Notes under the pieces: generated by a model
The model's input: only the letters and a program-made list of their open reading frames with translations
Told to the model about the DNA's origin: nothing
Databases searched by the model: none
Assembly (NCBI GenBank): GCA_963717145.1
Contig: OY970325.1
Location: 1,888,001 to 1,952,000 of the forward strand
DNA length: 64,000 bases
DNA from: an uncultured Armatimonadetes bacterium
GTDB taxonomy: Bacteria; Armatimonadota; UBA5829; DTJY01
Reading direction: 5' to 3'
Shown: piece by piece, positions 30,084-39,623 of the stretch
How positions within the stretch are numbered: position 1 is the first letter of the stretch
Layout: every line of letters begins with the position of its first letter
Program-made: the position numbers and the translations under genes

Positions 30084-30509
30084 CTAGGAAACCTCAGAGG
30101 TGCAACTCGCGCACTTCGTCGCCTTCTCAGGGATCGAGGAAAGGCAATACGGGCACTCCTTGACCGCTGCGACGGGAACAGGCGGCTTCATCTTGTTCAC
30201 TTGCCTGATCACGAGGAAGATCGCAAACGCCACGATGATGAAGTCGATCATCGAGTTGATAAACACCCCGTAGGCGATGACCGGCGCACCGGTGGCCTGG
30301 GCATCCGCGAGAGTGGCGTAGCCCTCCCCGGAGAGATCGAGGAACATGCCGCTGAAATCGACCTTGCCAAGCAGCAGTCCGATGGGCGGCATAAGGACAT
30401 TGGCCACAAACGTCGTGACGATCTTGCCGAACGCAGCGCCGATGATGATGCCTACCGCGAGATCGATGACGTTTCCTCGCGCGATGAACTCCTTGAACTC
30501 CTTGAACAT
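30084..30509 (-). CDS. mscL: Large-conductance mechanosensitive channel with C-terminal zinc ribbon
   Basis: [39 protein letters not shown]-terminal CPYC...CASC. Confidence 0.95.
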   Translation of the reverse strand: MFKEFKEFIARGNVIDLAVGIIIGAAFGKIVTTFVANVLMPPIGLLLGKVDFSGMFLDLSGEGYATLADAQATGAPVIAYGVFINSMIDFIIVAFAIFLVIRQVNKMKPPVPVAAVKECPYCLSSIPEKATKCASCTSEVS

Positions 30510-30604
30510 TCCGATCGCCTCCTGTCTCGATGGTTGCTTTCTGATCCTGCTGGGAGTTGTGCGCAGGTTACATACCCACATTCTCGGACGATTACCCCAT
30601 GGCA

Positions 30605-30690
30605 GGGATGGAGGTGGATGCTGAATCAAGTTCAGCATGACGCTACCCGATACGTCATGCTGAACTTGATTCAGCATCCACCTCCATCCC
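30605..30690. repeat. Perfect inverted repeat (GTCATGCTGAACTTGATTCAGCATC family)
   Basis: 38-bp arms with a 10-bp spacer. Confidence 0.9.
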
Positions 30691-30696
30691 CGCCAT

Positions 30697-31869
30697 CTAG
30701 ACGACTGACGGGCTCTTCGGCAGGGAGATGGTGAACTGCGTGCCGTCGGGTTCGGCGCTGATGAATGAGACTTGGCCCTGCAGGTATCGCTCCCCGATCA
30801 GCTTGACACTGTACGTGCCGATTCCACGGCCGATGCCTTCCTTCGTGCTGAAGGACCGCTGGTAGATCTGCTCCTGCACATCCTCGGGCATTACGCCGGG
30901 ATTCCCGACAACGAAGTCCACGTTCTCGCCGCAGTCATATGCAGCAAGGGATACCGTCCCGCCCGATGGAGTCGCTTCGAGCGCATTCTTGACCAGGTTG
31001 GAGAGGACTCGTTGCAGGAGGAGCGCATCCGTGATGATCTCGATGTCGGGCGCGTTGAGAACGGCGATCTTCTTGTTCACGGAGAGGTCACAGTAGCGAT
31101 AGATGGTCTCGATCGCCTCCACTATGTCCGCGACCCGGACCCTGTCGAACTGAGGACGTAGATCGCCGCGCTCGGCGAGAAGCAGTTGGCGATGGCCCGC
31201 GAGTTCGTCGGATATCTGAACGGCGGCTCTGTAGAGGAATTCGCGCAATTCCTTATCGGTCTCAGCCCCCGAACTCCGATTCCGAAGCGATTCGGCGATC
31301 GATCGCAGCCCGAAGACCGAGTTCGTGAGGTCATGGAAGAAGACGCGTTCGAGGACGGCTCGCCTTCGATCCGCGCTGATGTCGCGCATATGCAGGACGG
31401 CGTAATCATGATCGCCCGCACTCACGGGTGTGACTTGTACAAACACATCGAGGGCGCCGCCGTCCTTGTCGCTGTTGGTGCTGATCCGACACTCCTGACC
31501 GGCGATCTTCCCTCGAACGAGGCAGTCGACGATCGCCTGGCCCGCGCCGCAGTATCGGCACGCTTTGCTCGTGCCGCAACCGGCGGGCATCTCGTCGGCA
31601 TGGATGCAGCTCAGGAGTTCGCCGGGTCGCATCCCGATCATCTCCTCGATGCTCTTCATCCCAAGCATGCTGAGCAGAGTCGAGTTGGCGATGATGATCT
31701 GGCGGGTCTCGTAGAGGACCATCGCGGGCTCGGGAACTGCATCGAGTAGACGGACGGCGACGTGGCTGGCGATGAAGGTCTTCCTCACTGCCCAGAGGAC
31801 CTCGCTATCGGCCCTTTCGGGACTGGCGAAGTAGGTGTCACGCGACTCCTCATTCGTCTCATCTTGCAT
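30697..31869 (-). CDS. PAS-domain sensor histidine kinase
   Basis: FFHDLTN H-box, [10 protein letters not shown]-box, FSTK..GRGIG G-boxes; Cys-rich PAS (C....GCG...C..C). Confidence 0.9.
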   Translation of the reverse strand: MQDETNEESRDTYFASPERADSEVLWAVRKTFIASHVAVRLLDAVPEPAMVLYETRQIIIANSTLLSMLGMKSIEEMIGMRPGELLSCIHADEMPAGCGTSKACRYCGAGQAIVDCLVRGKIAGQECRISTNSDKDGGALDVFVQVTPVSAGDHDYAVLHMRDISADRRRAVLERVFFHDLTNSVFGLRSIAESLRNRSSGAETDKELREFLYRAAVQISDELAGHRQLLLAERGDLRPQFDRVRVADIVEAIETIYRYCDLSVNKKIAVLNAPDIEIITDALLLQRVLSNLVKNALEATPSGGTVSLAAYDCGENVDFVVGNPGVMPEDVQEQIYQRSFSTKEGIGRGIGTYSVKLIGERYLQGQVSFISAEPDGTQFTISLPKSPSVV

Positions 31870-32017
31870 GCTGAATCCCCCCAATCTGCGCTGAGATGGC
31901 GGTACACTTCGTACATTATACACCGCTTCGGCCACATCCGCTATGATATTCTGGTTTGGGTTCAGCACAGGGTCTGGAGGGCCGGCTCTGAGCTGCAGGG
32001 CGAACGCATCAAAACAC

Positions 32018-32119
32018 AACGATGCTTCGGTAGCAGAGGCCCGGCGGCGCTGCCGAAGCATGTCACGACACCGTGGTGCTTCGGTAGCGCCGCCGGGCCT
32101 CTGCTACCGAAGCATCGTT
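32018..32119. repeat. REPIN-like inverted repeat (copy 1 of 2)
   Basis: gatgcttcggtagcagaggcccggcggcgctgccgaagca and its reverse complement; a near-identical element is at 49895-49996. Confidence 0.9.
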
Positions 32120-32223
32120 CTCCCGAATCGAGACGATTAGATGCGTTCGCCCTGCTCTGAGCTGCCTTACCTATTGACAAATTGGCGTTTATGTGGGATA
32201 GTAATGTACGGGGGTAACGACAA

Positions 32224-34329
32224 ATGGCCACACGATGCATCATCTCCATCTTGCCTGTCCTCACGGCGCTCGTTCTCTGTCAGACTATCGCACGGGCCGA
32301 TCCACCTGAATACCGTAGTGCCTGGGTATACGGATACGCCAGCGAGTTCGCCAATCCGACTGCGACCAGCACGGTCATCAACAAACTGGCGGACAACAAC
32401 TTCAACGTTGTCGTACCGGAGATACGAATCGTCGCCGGATGCTACTACGATTCGGACATCGAGTCCATGGCAAGCGACGTTCAGGCGGGCTATGACCCTC
32501 TCGCCGACCTGATTGCCAAGGCCCACGCTCGGAACATGGAGTGCTGGGCATGGATACTCACCTACCGAGTAGCGATGAACAGCACTCTCGATGATTGGGC
32601 CACCTACACCAATACCGGGACTCAAAGCACCCAGTTGCTCGACCCAGGGTGCCCTGGAACCCAGGACTATGTCTGCAAGATCGTGAAGGAGATCGTAACC
32701 AAGTATCCCGACCTGGACGGCTTCAACTTCGACTACGTTCGCTATGATGGAAACCAATATGGATACAACCCCATCGCCAGGGAGCGGTTCCGAAGCGAGT
32801 ACGGGTATTACCCGCCCACATCTACTGCCGATGCCAACTGGCCGGTCTGGGCTGCGTGGAAGCGGCGGCAGGTTACCGACCTGGTGAGGAAATGCTACGT
32901 GGAGGCCACGCACATCAATCCCCAGATCAAGATGACCGTGGACAGCATAGGCTGGATGGGCCCCGATCCGAGTGTGAACTTCGAGGGCACGCGCGCTTAC
33001 TCTGAGGTATGCCAGGACAACAAGGGCTGGATGCAGGAAGGCATCGTGGACGTCAATATCCTGATGAACTACAAGCGAGACTGGTGTACCGCATCCGAGC
33101 CTTCCTGGACCTACGGGGGGAAGACGTACAACGGAGGCGATCAGCAGGGTGATCACAGACTGTGGAGCAACTGGCTCGCGAGCATGCAGACCACCACCGG
33201 CAGGCACTCGATTGACGGCATAGGCGGGTACATGAACGTCATGTCGGGGATCCTCTCCCAATGGCAGTACAGCCGCGCGAACGGCATAGGGCTCGGCACC
33301 TTCCGCTACGGATTCACCATCGGCCTGGAGGACGCAACCCACCCCGGGAAGCCGGTCTTCAACACGAACACCACCGTGGTTACTCACGGCAGCGAGACGC
33401 TGTTCTACAACACCATCAAGGCTAACATGTTTCAGAATCCCGCTCCCATCCCCGCCATGCCCTGGAAGGAATCACCGACCGACGGGATCATCTTCGGCAC
33501 GGTGACCGATGCCACTCAGAATGACCCCATCTACCAGTCCTGGATCTGCAAGGGCACGGTGACCGTTGACGGCCCGGTGACTCGCTCCATGGACACCGAC
33601 GCTACCGGAACCTACGGATTCCTGAAACTCCCGCCGGGGACTTACACCATCACCGTCTCGAAGGCAGGCTATCCGAATCGCACGTACACCAACCAGAACC
33701 TCGCCATTGGGCAGGTCCTTCGGCGCGACATCGACCTCGGCTTCCTCCCTTGCGCCTCGCCGACCGAGGCAAAGATCGCCGCTACCGACACTAAGGTCGC
33801 GCTGATCGGCTCGGTCGTGAGCGCCTCATTCACCGATCACTTCTATGCCGAGGCGCTGGATCGATCGAGCGGCATTCGCGTGAATCTGGCGAGCCATGGG
33901 CGTTCGCCGGGACAGGGAGTGGACGTGCCCGGGGTTGTAAAGACGAACTCCGACGGCGAGCGGTATATCGAGGCGTCGGCTGTCTCTCCTGCCGGCGGCG
34001 GCACGATCGATCCCCTGGAGATGATCGGACGCAGTATCGGCGGAAGCGATTCTGAGGCGCAGCCGGGCATCGTTCAAGGAGCGGGGTTGAACAATATCGG
34101 ATTGCTCATCTCCACCGTTGGCACCGTCACCCACGCCGAGAGCGGCTTCTTCTACGTGGACGATGGAAGCGCCCCCACGGACAACTCCGGCTTCGTGGGA
34201 GTCAGAATCCTGCCCTGTGGACTGAGCGTCCCGGCGGAGAACTCCCATGCAGTAGTCACCGGCGTCAGCTCGTGCTTCAAGGACGGCACGAACCTCTACC
34301 CGCAGATTCGCGCGACGGCGATTCACTGA
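32224..34329 (+). CDS. Secreted GHL10 glycoside hydrolase with carboxypeptidase-regulatory-like domain and conserved C-terminal module
   Basis: EYRSAWV, YDPLADLIAKAHARNMECWAW, LDGFNFDYVRY motifs; LPPGTYTITVSKAGY; GLNNIGLL...FFYVDDGS tail. Confidence 0.85.
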   Translation: MATRCIISILPVLTALVLCQTIARADPPEYRSAWVYGYASEFANPTATSTVINKLADNNFNVVVPEIRIVAGCYYDSDIESMASDVQAGYDPLADLIAKAHARNMECWAWILTYRVAMNSTLDDWATYTNTGTQSTQLLDPGCPGTQDYVCKIVKEIVTKYPDLDGFNFDYVRYDGNQYGYNPIARERFRSEYGYYPPTSTADANWPVWAAWKRRQVTDLVRKCYVEATHINPQIKMTVDSIGWMGPDPSVNFEGTRAYSEVCQDNKGWMQEGIVDVNILMNYKRDWCTASEPSWTYGGKTYNGGDQQGDHRLWSNWLASMQTTTGRHSIDGIGGYMNVMSGILSQWQYSRANGIGLGTFRYGFTIGLEDATHPGKPVFNTNTTVVTHGSETLFYNTIKANMFQNPAPIPAMPWKESPTDGIIFGTVTDATQNDPIYQSWICKGTVTVDGPVTRSMDTDATGTYGFLKLPPGTYTITVSKAGYPNRTYTNQNLAIGQVLRRDIDLGFLPCASPTEAKIAATDTKVALIGSVVSASFTDHFYAEALDRSSGIRVNLASHGRSPGQGVDVPGVVKTNSDGERYIEASAVSPAGGGTIDPLEMIGRSIGGSDSEAQPGIVQGAGLNNIGLLISTVGTVTHAESGFFYVDDGSAPTDNSGFVGVRILPCGLSVPAENSHAVVTGVSSCFKDGTNLYPQIRATAIH

Positions 34330-34337
34330 TTACTGAT

Positions 34338-34424
34338 GGGAGTAGTGGAGCATTGGAGCATTGGAGCATTGGAGTACTGGGGTCCGGACCCCAGTACTCC
34401 AATGCTCCAACACTCCAATGCTCC
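34338..34424. repeat. Hairpin built of inverted octamer repeats (TGGAGCAT)n
   Basis: ggagcattggagcattggagcattggagtactggggtccggaccccagtactccaatgctccaacactccaatgctcc. Confidence 0.85.
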
Positions 34425-34456
34425 GTTTCTCGGTTCCCGAAGGAGGTCGTTCACCG

Positions 34457-34651
34457 ATGGCATGCCCGAACACCGACACGAATATGAGTTCCTGCACGTG
34501 CAGCTACCCCGGATGCGCCCGCAAGGGAAACTGCTGCGAGTGTCTTCGATACCATCTGAGCAACAATGAGCTTCCGGCCTGCGCGTTCCCGGCCGACGTG
34601 GAGAAGACCTACGACCGCTCATTCCGCCGCTTCGCGCAGATATACAAGTAG
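34457..34651 (+). CDS. Small Cys-rich protein (DUF6485-like)
   Basis: MACPN...CTCSYPGCARKGNCCECLRYH....LPAC.F...EKTYDRS; AGGAGG RBS. Confidence 0.8.
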   Translation: MACPNTDTNMSSCTCSYPGCARKGNCCECLRYHLSNNELPACAFPADVEKTYDRSFRRFAQIYK

Positions 34652-34659
34652 CAGCGCGG

Positions 34660-35637
34660 TCAAGCGGTCTTCCTGGCGAAGACGGTGCGCCACATGAACC
34701 CGTTCTGGAACGCGAATATGAACGACATCAGGTTCAGTTGGACCGCTCCATCCTTGCCCGTCACCCCGGCCATCACGGCCACGAAGATGAACGGCGAGAC
34801 CAGCAGCGGCTGAATGCAACTGGGAAGATCGAGAGGCGCAGTGGGTTGCGTCTTCCTGACCTCCATCCAATCCCACGTCGTCTTGCATCCTATGCCCACA
34901 AGCATGATAAGAACGAGCCCGAGCCAGATGAGCCAGGTGCTCCGCTGCTTCTTGACCGCATCCACGTTCTTGATCTCGGCCTTCGTGTCCTTGATCTCCC
35001 CCGTGGTCCTCGCCAGGTCCGCGGTCGCGGTCTGAACCTCCTGCCTCAACAACGATGCCGCCTGCAGCTCCTTGATGTCCTGCGCATCCACCCGGGCCGG
35101 TGCCGATAGATCGCTCTGCAACTCCGGGTTGGCGGACAATGCTGCCTTGAGATCCTTGATGTTCTGCTTCTCCGCCGCAGCCTGTGGGGAATTCGGTATG
35201 TGGAGCTTCCGCGCCATCATCAACTCCCCCTTGAGATCGTTGATGCTCTCCGCTGCCTTGGCTTGTGGCGCAGGCAGGCCCTCGACGCTGATCTTCGCCG
35301 ACAACGACACCATCGACTTTTGGTCCAGCGACTGAAGCTTTTCCTTCTTGTCCGCAATATCTTTGGATAAGTCGTCCAGCCTCGACTTGAGCGTTGTAAG
35401 ATGAGAGACTGGACTCTGGCGCGCGTAAACGGGGACGAAAACGGCGACCAGGATCACGAGAACGAGCACGACGCCCGCGATCGCGAGGATCGGCCTGCCT
35501 CTCCCGCGTCGCGGCGCTGCATCCAGTCGATCAACCGTCCGGACCCGGCGACGCTCCAGACGGCCGTGGATGAAAAGGATCAGGGCCAGCAGCCACATGG
35601 CCCCAAGAAGAGAAAGACCGAGATACCAGGTGTTCAT
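34660..35637 (-). CDS. Hypothetical membrane protein with long coiled coil
   Basis: Two N-terminal and three C-terminal hydrophobic segments flanking a heptad-rich region. Confidence 0.65.
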   Translation of the reverse strand: MNTWYLGLSLLGAMWLLALILFIHGRLERRRVRTVDRLDAAPRRGRGRPILAIAGVVLVLVILVAVFVPVYARQSPVSHLTTLKSRLDDLSKDIADKKEKLQSLDQKSMVSLSAKISVEGLPAPQAKAAESINDLKGELMMARKLHIPNSPQAAAEKQNIKDLKAALSANPELQSDLSAPARVDAQDIKELQAASLLRQEVQTATADLARTTGEIKDTKAEIKNVDAVKKQRSTWLIWLGLVLIMLVGIGCKTTWDWMEVRKTQPTAPLDLPSCIQPLLVSPFIFVAVMAGVTGKDGAVQLNLMSFIFAFQNGFMWRTVFARKTA

Positions 35638-35780
35638 CTATCTTCCCTCCCATTGCAGAATCGGACACTCTAGGGTCGTTATTCTCCGTGGACGTAAACA
35701 CTCCTCCCCCCGCCCTGCGTTTTTTCCATCAATGCGATTGAACCCGCATTATTCATGACACGCTCAAACAAGGCGCACAC

Positions 35781-35985
35781 TGTCATTCTGAGCGCAGCGA
35801 AGAATCTGGCCGGGCCCAGACAGATTCTTCGCTGCGCTCCTAAGGAAGCCCACACCGTCAGTCCTGAGTGCGCCTCTGGGCGTGTAACGAAGGACGGCCT
35901 TACTCCACCGAGCCGTCCTTCGTTACATGCCGTCCCTTCGACAGGCTCAGGACAGGCATTCACCGGCATACTCAGGACTAGCGGT
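35781..35985. repeat. Compound palindromic cluster (TGTCATTCTGAGC element + GTCCTGAG element + CCCTTCGACAGGCTCAGG insert)
   Basis: tgtcattctgagcgcagcgaagaatct...agattcttcgctgcgctc, followed by ccgtcagtcctgag...ctcaggactagcgg. Confidence 0.8.
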
Positions 35986-36006
35986 GTTTGCTTCCGGTGT
36001 GACGAA

Positions 36007-36042
36007 CAAAAGGGCGGGATGCGTAGACGCTTCCCGCCCTTT
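36007..36042 (-). terminator. Intrinsic terminator after paralog B
   Basis: AAAAGGGCGGGA...TCCCGCCCTTT; same GGGCGGG stem as the paralog A terminator. Confidence 0.75.
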
Positions 36043-36104
36043 CGGTATTCCATGTTGGGTCATCGGGCATGAGTGACCCCACCCAACATCACTATCCTGT
36101 TTCC

Positions 36105-36767
36105 CTACGCCGCCGCCTGCAATCCGCGCGCTGCCACGGTCGCCTCGGCCGACGGCGCGGAGATATCCGTCTGTTTCGCCCCGCGATATCGGACGTAGTA
36201 CGTATAGTCCGACCCACTACCAGTGATCTCGTCGTAGTAGGGAGATCTAGTCGCCAGGCCGATCACCTGGAAGTCGGTCTCCCCGGCCTTCTTGCGATAG
36301 ATCGTCGCTGCCATCACGCCCGCCGGCTTGCCGTTCGTGTTCTCCTTCGATGGATTCGGGCCCCAGTGAACCGTCACCTGGCCGATCTTCGACTCCAGGT
36401 ACATCTTCGGCGTAAGCTCCGTGATCGGGAGCGGCATATCCTGAACGTACTGAGGCACGAGGCCGAGCAGGCTACGAAGCGCATCGGTCATGCCCGGATG
36501 CTTCTGGATGCGCTGAACGAGCGGGCGGAGGACGTCCTCGGAATCGGTGCGGCTGGTGACCTTCGCGGAGGTCGTGCTCTTCGCGAGACTCCTCTGCAAG
36601 AGGGCCGCCGCATACTTATCGGTGAAATCGGCCGACGCGGTTGTGATCGGCGTCAGGTCCGCCGGCAGAAGACCGACCATCCCTGCGTTGGTGGTCAGCA
36701 TCGCCACGAAATTGGCGAGCCATGCATCGTAGTCATTGTCACTTGGTGGATAATACGTCTTTCCCAT
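36105..36767 (-). CDS. Uncharacterised ~220-aa helical + FN3-like protein, paralog B
   Basis: GAGGTG RBS; shares LR.LV.RI..HPGMT..LR..LGL, VH.G.NP..E..N.KP and DYTY.VRY.G with paralog A. Confidence 0.85.
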   Translation of the reverse strand: MGKTYYPPSDNDYDAWLANFVAMLTTNAGMVGLLPADLTPITTASADFTDKYAAALLQRSLAKSTTSAKVTSRTDSEDVLRPLVQRIQKHPGMTDALRSLLGLVPQYVQDMPLPITELTPKMYLESKIGQVTVHWGPNPSKENTNGKPAGVMAATIYRKKAGETDFQVIGLATRSPYYDEITGSGSDYTYYVRYRGAKQTDISAPSAEATVAARGLQAAA

Positions 36768-36816
36768 GCTTTATCACCTCGTCTGGATGCTAAGCCGACT
36801 GTCTGCCGCCACGGAT

Positions 36817-36963
36817 ATGACCTGCGATGCAGTGTCTATGAGTCTCCATGCAGCGTCTATGAGCCTTCATGCAGCGTCTATGACTCTCGATGCAGAGTCC
36901 ATGACTCTCCAAGCAGAGCTGCTCAGAACGATCGCAGAGCTGCTCCGCTCTTCCGGATCGCTG
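36817..36963. repeat. Degenerate 21-bp tandem array upstream of paralog B (7 units)
   Basis: ATGA recurs at 36817, 36838, 36859, 36880 and 36901; units such as atgagtctccatgcagcgtct and atgactctcgatgcagagtcc. Confidence 0.9.
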
Positions 36964-37210
36964 CACGGCGGCTGATCCACGCGGATCGGGCCTCGTCGGA
37001 GAGCGAACTCCCCGCCCCGGCTCATTCCCCGGCACTATTACCGGGTCAGCGGCCTGCACCACATATTCTTGGATTCGGGATCATGAATCTTTAGGGCCAC
37101 TAGCACTTGAGGGAAATCTTTTTCAAGATGCGATCGTGATGAGGATGAACGGCGGACCCCCTCTCCGCTGCGGGGAGCGCCGGGGAGGGGTGTTCCGGTG
37201 TTGGGTGATG

Positions 37211-37260
37211 GGTGTCAGGTGTTCGATGTTGGGCGTTCGATGTTCGATGTTCGATGTTCG
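37211..37260. repeat. Heptamer tandem repeat (TTCGATG)n
   Basis: gtgttcgatgttgggcgttcgatgttcgatgttcgatgttcg. Confidence 0.75.
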
Positions 37261-37386
37261 CTCCCCCACCCCCGCCAGCCCCGACCGCGCCGGTGAATGA
37301 CGACGCATGTATCGAACGGCGGCCTGCGGAGCGCCGTCCACTAGCTGGGACGCAGCAGGTTGGACGCGTGAAGGAACAACCGCTGC

Positions 37387-37414
37387 TTGACTTTCGCAGG
37401 GAATCGTGTATAAT
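37387..37414 (+). promoter_or_regulatory. sigma70-type promoter with no downstream protein gene
   Basis: TTGACT-16 bp-TATAAT, followed by a long hairpin at 37425-37473. Confidence 0.55.
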
Positions 37415-37556
37415 ACTTGTGTGAAAGTCGGCGCAGTTGTCCCGCAACATAGGCGGAACAACCGCGCCGGCTTATTGCGCTAGTTACCACTGGCATGGTA
37501 TGCTAGCGTGCTACGAACGATCCTCAGGATTGTCGGCAGAATCCTAAGGATCCGGC

Positions 37557-37715
37557 CTAGAGCCAGTGGGGTAGATGCCCCAGCAACTCTAGGGATGCGC
37601 TCTGGATTGCTGGCCAAAATGGCAGTATCTCAGCAACAAAGCGCGCGGCGTTAGCTGCTATCGCGACGAGCAGCGATATCACCAGCAGCCATCGCACGAT
37701 TCGTCTGGTTTTCAT
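37557..37715 (-). CDS. 52-aa single-TM peptide (candidate type I toxin)
   Basis: MKTRRIVRWLLVISLLVAIAANAARF...; purine-rich RBS AAGGAAGGGAG inside a hairpin. Confidence 0.45.
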   Translation of the reverse strand: MKTRRIVRWLLVISLLVAIAANAARFVAEILPFWPAIQSASLELLGHLPHWL

Positions 37716-37950
37716 GGTTCTCTGCGCTCCCTTCCTTGTTGGGATAGGGGCGCCACCGATAGACAGCCCTGAAGGCCAACCGACTGACTGCCGACAATCA
37801 ATCGGGGCTCCCCGGGTCTCGTCGATAGCAACCGCCAAGTTTCTTCTCGACGAGATCCGTTGCCAGGGCGTCGCTTCGGCGACGCCCAAACTATTGGTGT
37901 GTCCGCTACGTATGTGCTGATCCGCGCCTCGACTGTCTAGCCCATGACGC

Positions 37951-37993
37951 AAAAAGAGCCAAACCCGGCGCTAGGCCCTGGTTTGGCTCTTTT
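37951..37993. terminator. Bidirectional terminator-like hairpin
   Basis: AAAAAGAGCCAAACC...GGTTTGGCTCTTTT. Confidence 0.6.
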
Positions 37994-38426
37994 CCTCAGA
38001 TCACTTGGAAATGACACACAAACAGGGCCGGAAAACAGCTCCCGTTCAAAAAGCTTGGCTCCATCCATAGAACAGGAATAGATGCTTCGCGCCTACCCGC
38101 GTCGCATACTGTTTTCTAACGCTGCTTGCAATTATGACCACTATTGTTCGCGCTCGACCAGGGTCCCCGGGTAGGCAGGGCACAAGAAAGATAGCAATGA
38201 TGATCGATCGCGCACGAGTGGTGCTCGCCCCATTGAGAGCATATCCGTCGCCTCCAGATAGGAAGCAACAGTACGATTCTACCCGCTTTGCCGCACCTTG
38301 TCAAGGGGTTCGCCAGCTTTTTTCAGAGATTCCCAGACTTTTCTTGCCAACAGGAAGCGAACTGCGGGGACTCCTCGGTCGGCAGCGGAATACGTAGAGG
38401 ACCGTATCGAAGGAACAGGCCGGAGA

Positions 38427-38590
38427 TCAAATCCCCAATTCCGTCTGCTCGCCTTCGCGTTGGAGCTTCTTGCCGGAGGAGCGGAGGGAGTAGCCCTTCG
38501 GGAAGTCAACTCCTTGCCCTCCAGGAGTTCCTTGATCGTGCGAACCTGGAGCTTCGGGATCTTCCTGCCTGAGGGCGAGTCAAAGAAGAC
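38427..38590 (-). pseudogene. C-terminal remnant of a DNA methyltransferase/Mrr-type endonuclease fusion
   Basis: Manual translation FFDSPSGRKIPKLQVRTIKELLEGKE / DFPKGY...QTELGI* with one frameshift and no N-terminus. Confidence 0.55.
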
Positions 38591-38628
38591 TACAACACCC
38601 GCCCGCGTCCTCTTCGACGGCCCTTGCT

Positions 38629-39469
38629 CTACGCGTCACTGTGCAGCCGCAATCTGGCTGGCAGGTAGTCCTTTACCCAAAGGCGCTCGACTGTCTCCGC
38701 CTCCCAACTGGCCCTGAATGCGAGGAGCAGCATGAGTGCCGAGACCACAACAACAACGATCTCTGGCAGGTAGGCGGTGCCGGTCCACCGCCAACGCATA
38801 AGGACGAGACTGATCACGATGATGAGAGCCAGCATGAGTGACCAGGGCTGGTAACGTGGCGAGCGCACGCTAGGCATGCATCCTCTCGGATTGCTCTCGG
38901 CTCCTTTTGACGGTCGAAATAACAGACTCTCGGCATATCCGAGCATAACAAACTCAGCGGCAAGCAACAGAGGCCAGACGAAGCTTCTCGGTCCACCCAA
39001 AGGTTAGCCCTAAGACAGTGGCAAAGGTCCAGTTATAGCCAATGAACCGCGTCGTATGCCTACGTCTACCCCATTCAACCAATTCCTGTGGTCCACGGGT
39101 GTAGAGGAAATATGCAAAGAAGTCTCGACCCCCGCCACTCGGTTTACCGTTCGGCTCGCATAACCGTCGGTAGCTCTTCTCCACTAGCAATCTGACCATA
39201 GTCCGGCTGTGGAAGTTGTATGGATCGCCGAATCTAGCATACATGTAGACGATCACGAAAGTGGAAATCACATATCCGACGATTGGTGAGCCGAGAATAG
39301 CCACAACCAACGCACCTAGCGCTCCATAGTCAAGACTGTACTTGCTGAAGAGATCACTTGCAGCCTTGACAAGCTGCAGCCATCCACCTACTGGCCTCCA
39401 GGATGCAAGAAAGGCGGCAATGAACACCCAGCCGGTCATGAAGTTCCTTGTGAGTAGCTCGCGTTCCAT
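38629..39469 (-). CDS. Hypothetical multi-TM protein, probably one gene split by a frameshift near 39000
   Basis: ORFs 38954-39469 and 38629-39000 join (GLTLGGPRSFVW) if one T of a TTT run is removed; lower GC. Confidence 0.5.
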
Positions 39470-39623
39470 ATCATCCCCTGTCTGCTGACTACCTGCTCTC
39501 GACCGACTCGTCCGCGATGTGCTCGCGCATGATGGTAAGGTTATCGCCGTAGTAGAGGGTGTTCTTCATTTGCAGGGATGTTCAACGGGGAGGAGGCGGT
39601 TTCCTGCCTGGGACGTGGATCGG

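Noticed and set aside
37716-37950. Known riboswitch in the structured leader
   Set aside because: Hairpins are present but I could not match conserved motifs of c-di-GMP, TPP, SAM, FMN or cobalamin classes by eye; an Rfam scan is needed.
38000-38075. Possible recombinase-end or attachment-site relic
   Set aside because: Only a vague resemblance; no partner repeat or recombinase ORF was found.
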